Source: Trueperaceae bacterium (GTDB lineage: Bacteria; Deinococcota; Deinococci; Deinococcales; Trueperaceae). From it: DNA of 17,179 bases. The notes beneath the pieces are model-generated. The model saw only the letters and a program-made list of their open reading frames with translations. It was not told where the DNA came from and ran no database searches. The position numbers and the translations under genes are program-made. The first letter of the stretch is position 1, and each line of letters opens with the position of its first letter. This document shows, piece by piece, positions 15,322-17,179 of the stretch. Location of the stretch: NCBI GenBank assembly GCA_035703635.1, contig DASSXV010000006.1, positions 1 through 17,179 of the forward strand, given 5' to 3'.

Positions 15322-16929
15322 CTACCTGGCGATCGCCACGGCACCGCCATCCTTGCGCGGGTCGGAAGCGCCCGCGTAACCGCTGGCAGTGCGGGCAGCG
15401 ATCTGCACTTTGGCGAACGTGCGCTCATAGTTCCTGAGCGACTGCTGCACGTTCATGCCGCGGCGCCGCAGCTCCTCGACGGTGCGTTGTGGCACGCGCA
15501 ACTCGCAGTAGACTGGGTCACCCTCGGAGTGGAAGCGCGGGGCGCTGACGGCCTCTACGGGGGTCATACCGAAGTCGATCATGTTGCTAATAGCCTGTGA
15601 GACGGCTGAAGAGATCGACCATCCTCCCGGTGCGCCGACTGCGGCCCACGGCTTTCCGTCCTTGAGGATCACGGATGGCGAGATGGCGCTGGCCCGCGCT
15701 TTGCCCGGCTCGTAAGAATTGGGTCTGCCAGGGATTGGATCCATCAAAGACACGCAGTTATTCCAAGTGAAGCCAGTGCCGGGAACGACGATGCCTGCGC
15801 AGGTTGTGAGGGTGTGCGTGATCGAGACGCAGTTGCCGTCCTCGTCAATGACCGAGATGTGCGTGGTGAAGCCGGGCTTGTTGAGCATCTTGCGGTCAGG
15901 TAGCTCGTGGCGCCTGATTGCATCGGCGACCTCGGCGGCGTACTCCTTGGACAACAGGTGGTGGACGGGAACGTCGGCGAATCGCGGGTCGGCCAAGTAT
16001 TTGCCGCGCGTCACACCAGCCCAGGCTAGGGCGGCCGCGACAATGTAACCGTGCTCCGGACCGTTGTGGTCGAGCTGGCTGAGGTCGAACTGCTCCAGTA
16101 CATTGAGTATCTGGAGCGTAAGCAAGCCGCCGCCGGGTACGGCTGAGCTGGCCACCTCGTGGCCGCGGTATGTGATCTTGAGCGGTGGCTCGACTACCGG
16201 TCGGTAGTTCGCCAGGTCCTCACGCGTAACGAACGCGTCATTGGCTTCGAAATCGGCCAGGATGCGCTCTGCCAGGCCGCCGGTATAGAAATCCCTAGCG
16301 CCGTTAGTGGCGATACGCTCGAGCGACTGCGCCTGGTCAGGGTTGCGGTAGAAGTGGCCCGTCTCGAGCATGTAGCCGTCGTCGCCATGGAAGAGGTCGC
16401 GGGCGGCCTTGTTGACAGCGTACTTGTCTTTGGGATGAGGTAGTTCTGGCAGCATGGGCAGCCGCACGTGCTCGGCCACGTACTCAGGGATTCGGAACCC
16501 GTCTCTTGAGACGGCTATGGATGGCGCCAGCAACTCCGCCCACGGCTTGGTCGCGTAGCGGCTATGGATCTCGCCGAAGCCTGCCACCGTGCCCGGCGTC
16601 ATTATCGAGGTGTAGCCGCGCAGGCTGCGGTGGTCGTCGAAGAGCGGGAAGCGCCATAGATCAGTGAAGCCCTTGACGTCGTCGACCCACATGTCAGGGC
16701 GCATCTTCGCGCCGATGCGTGCCCAGAAGCCGATGTGCTCGAACTTCCCGGTTTCCGCCTGGTAGACGGTGGCCGAACCCCAGCCCCCCAGACCACACAT
16801 GAACGGGTCGGTAACCATCTGCATGAAGCCTGCTGCAACTGCGGCGTCGAAGGCGTTTCCACCTTCCTCCATGATTCGTGCGCCGAGCTCGGCCGCCGCC
16901 GGTTGGGGTGCTGCAACGATGCCTTTCAC
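15322..16929 (-). CDS. Gamma-glutamyltransferase (Ntn-hydrolase, T3) family protein with divergent acyl-binding pocket, ~535 aa
   Basis: GGNAFDAAVA, CGLGGWG, TPGTVAG, FYTG, autoprocessing TTHISVID and GAPGG, APRFH and GASDPRKDG motifs. Start reassigned from 17007 to GTG 16929 (AAGGAGGT SD at 16939-16946). Confidence 0.9.
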   Translation of the reverse strand: MKGIVAAPQPAAAELGARIMEEGGNAFDAAVAAGFMQMVTDPFMCGLGGWGSATVYQAETGKFEHIGFWARIGAKMRPDMWVDDVKGFTDLWRFPLFDDHRSLRGYTSIMTPGTVAGFGEIHSRYATKPWAELLAPSIAVSRDGFRIPEYVAEHVRLPMLPELPHPKDKYAVNKAARDLFHGDDGYMLETGHFYRNPDQAQSLERIATNGARDFYTGGLAERILADFEANDAFVTREDLANYRPVVEPPLKITYRGHEVASSAVPGGGLLTLQILNVLEQFDLSQLDHNGPEHGYIVAAALAWAGVTRGKYLADPRFADVPVHHLLSKEYAAEVADAIRRHELPDRKMLNKPGFTTHISVIDEDGNCVSITHTLTTCAGIVVPGTGFTWNNCVSLMDPIPGRPNSYEPGKARASAISPSVILKDGKPWAAVGAPGGWSISSAVSQAISNMIDFGMTPVEAVSAPRFHSEGDPVYCELRVPQRTVEELRRRGMNVQQSLRNYERTFAKVQIAARTASGYAGASDPRKDGGAVAIAR

Positions 16930-16972
16930 TTGGGTATTACCTCCTTGGTTCGGTGCATGGCGCGGGCGCTGA

Positions 16973-17179
16973 TCACGCCACGACGCCAGCTTGGAAAAGC
17001 GCCTCAAGGTCTCGTTCGCCGAGGTCGGTCAGTTCCTTCAGGACCACAGCGGTGTGTTCACCTAGCCGCGGTCCGGGAGTTGCGGAACGCTGGCCAGCAG
17101 AAGTCTGTACGGGGCTAGCAACTTGGCGCACGGTCCCGAACTCTTTGTGCTTGAAGTCAACGATTAAGCCGAGCGCCTC
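16973..17179 (-). CDS. Partial (C-terminal end) family III CoA-transferase, CaiB/BaiF-like
   Basis: Not in the ORF track. The minus frame from the window edge reads EALGLIVDFKHKEFGTVRQVASPVQTSAGQRSATPGPRLGEHTAVVLKELTDLGERDLEALFQAGVVA*. The 'H..FG.VRQVASP...P.LGEHT..VL.E...L...GVV' pattern is the characteristic CaiB/BaiF C-terminus. Confidence 0.85.
   Translation of the reverse strand, partial: EALGLIVDFKHKEFGTVRQVASPVQTSAGQRSATPGPRLGEHTAVVLKELTDLGERDLEALFQAGVVA

Noticed and set aside
16930-17007. Longer N-terminus of the GGT-family ORF
   Set aside because: It overlaps the CoA-transferase 3' end and contains the AAGGAGGT SD for GTG 16929.
74-17118. Numerous overlapping antisense and alternate-frame ORFs (e.g. 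465-1142, 7243-8010, 8368-9264, 12993-13697, 13842-14483)
   Set aside because: These are shadow ORFs typical of high-GC coding DNA. They have no motifs and overlap well-supported genes.
1-17179. CRISPR arrays, tRNA/rRNA genes, IS elements or long tandem repeats
   Set aside because: None seen. All intergenic gaps are under about 240 nt and show no repeat-spacer pattern or transposase/integrase motifs.

Overview
GC-rich bacterial chromosomal window with no rRNA, tRNA, CRISPR array or mobile element visible. Gene styles suggest Deinococcota, possibly Trueperaceae-like (inference only). Left to right: the end of a cytochrome c gene coupled to a nitric oxide reductase catalytic subunit (NorB) with an extra ~110-aa C-terminal membrane extension; a convergent HdeD/DUF308 membrane protein; a large lipoprotein papain-family (C1) cysteine protease with Ig/PKD-like C-terminal domains; an ABC-F ATPase with a long ARE-type linker behind a leader with a short uORF and an SD-occluding hairpin; a FatB/YclQ/CeuE-type iron-siderophore ABC operon behind a perfect 13-bp inverted repeat that fits Rrf2-family (IscR/RirA) boxes; on the minus strand, a STAND-ATPase/TPR regulator with a C-terminal SARP-type (OmpR wHTH + BTAD) output, a small double-zinc-ribbon gene, and the tail of a catabolic operon (family III CoA-transferase, divergent GGT-family hydrolase, CitE-like lyase). 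The most striking unexplained signal is an 11-bp-period direct repeat, TATAAC-N5-(T/C)ATAAC, found upstream of both the zinc-ribbon gene and the protease 12 kb away. It points to a candidate SARP-controlled regulon linking the STAND regulator, the zinc ribbon and the surface protease.
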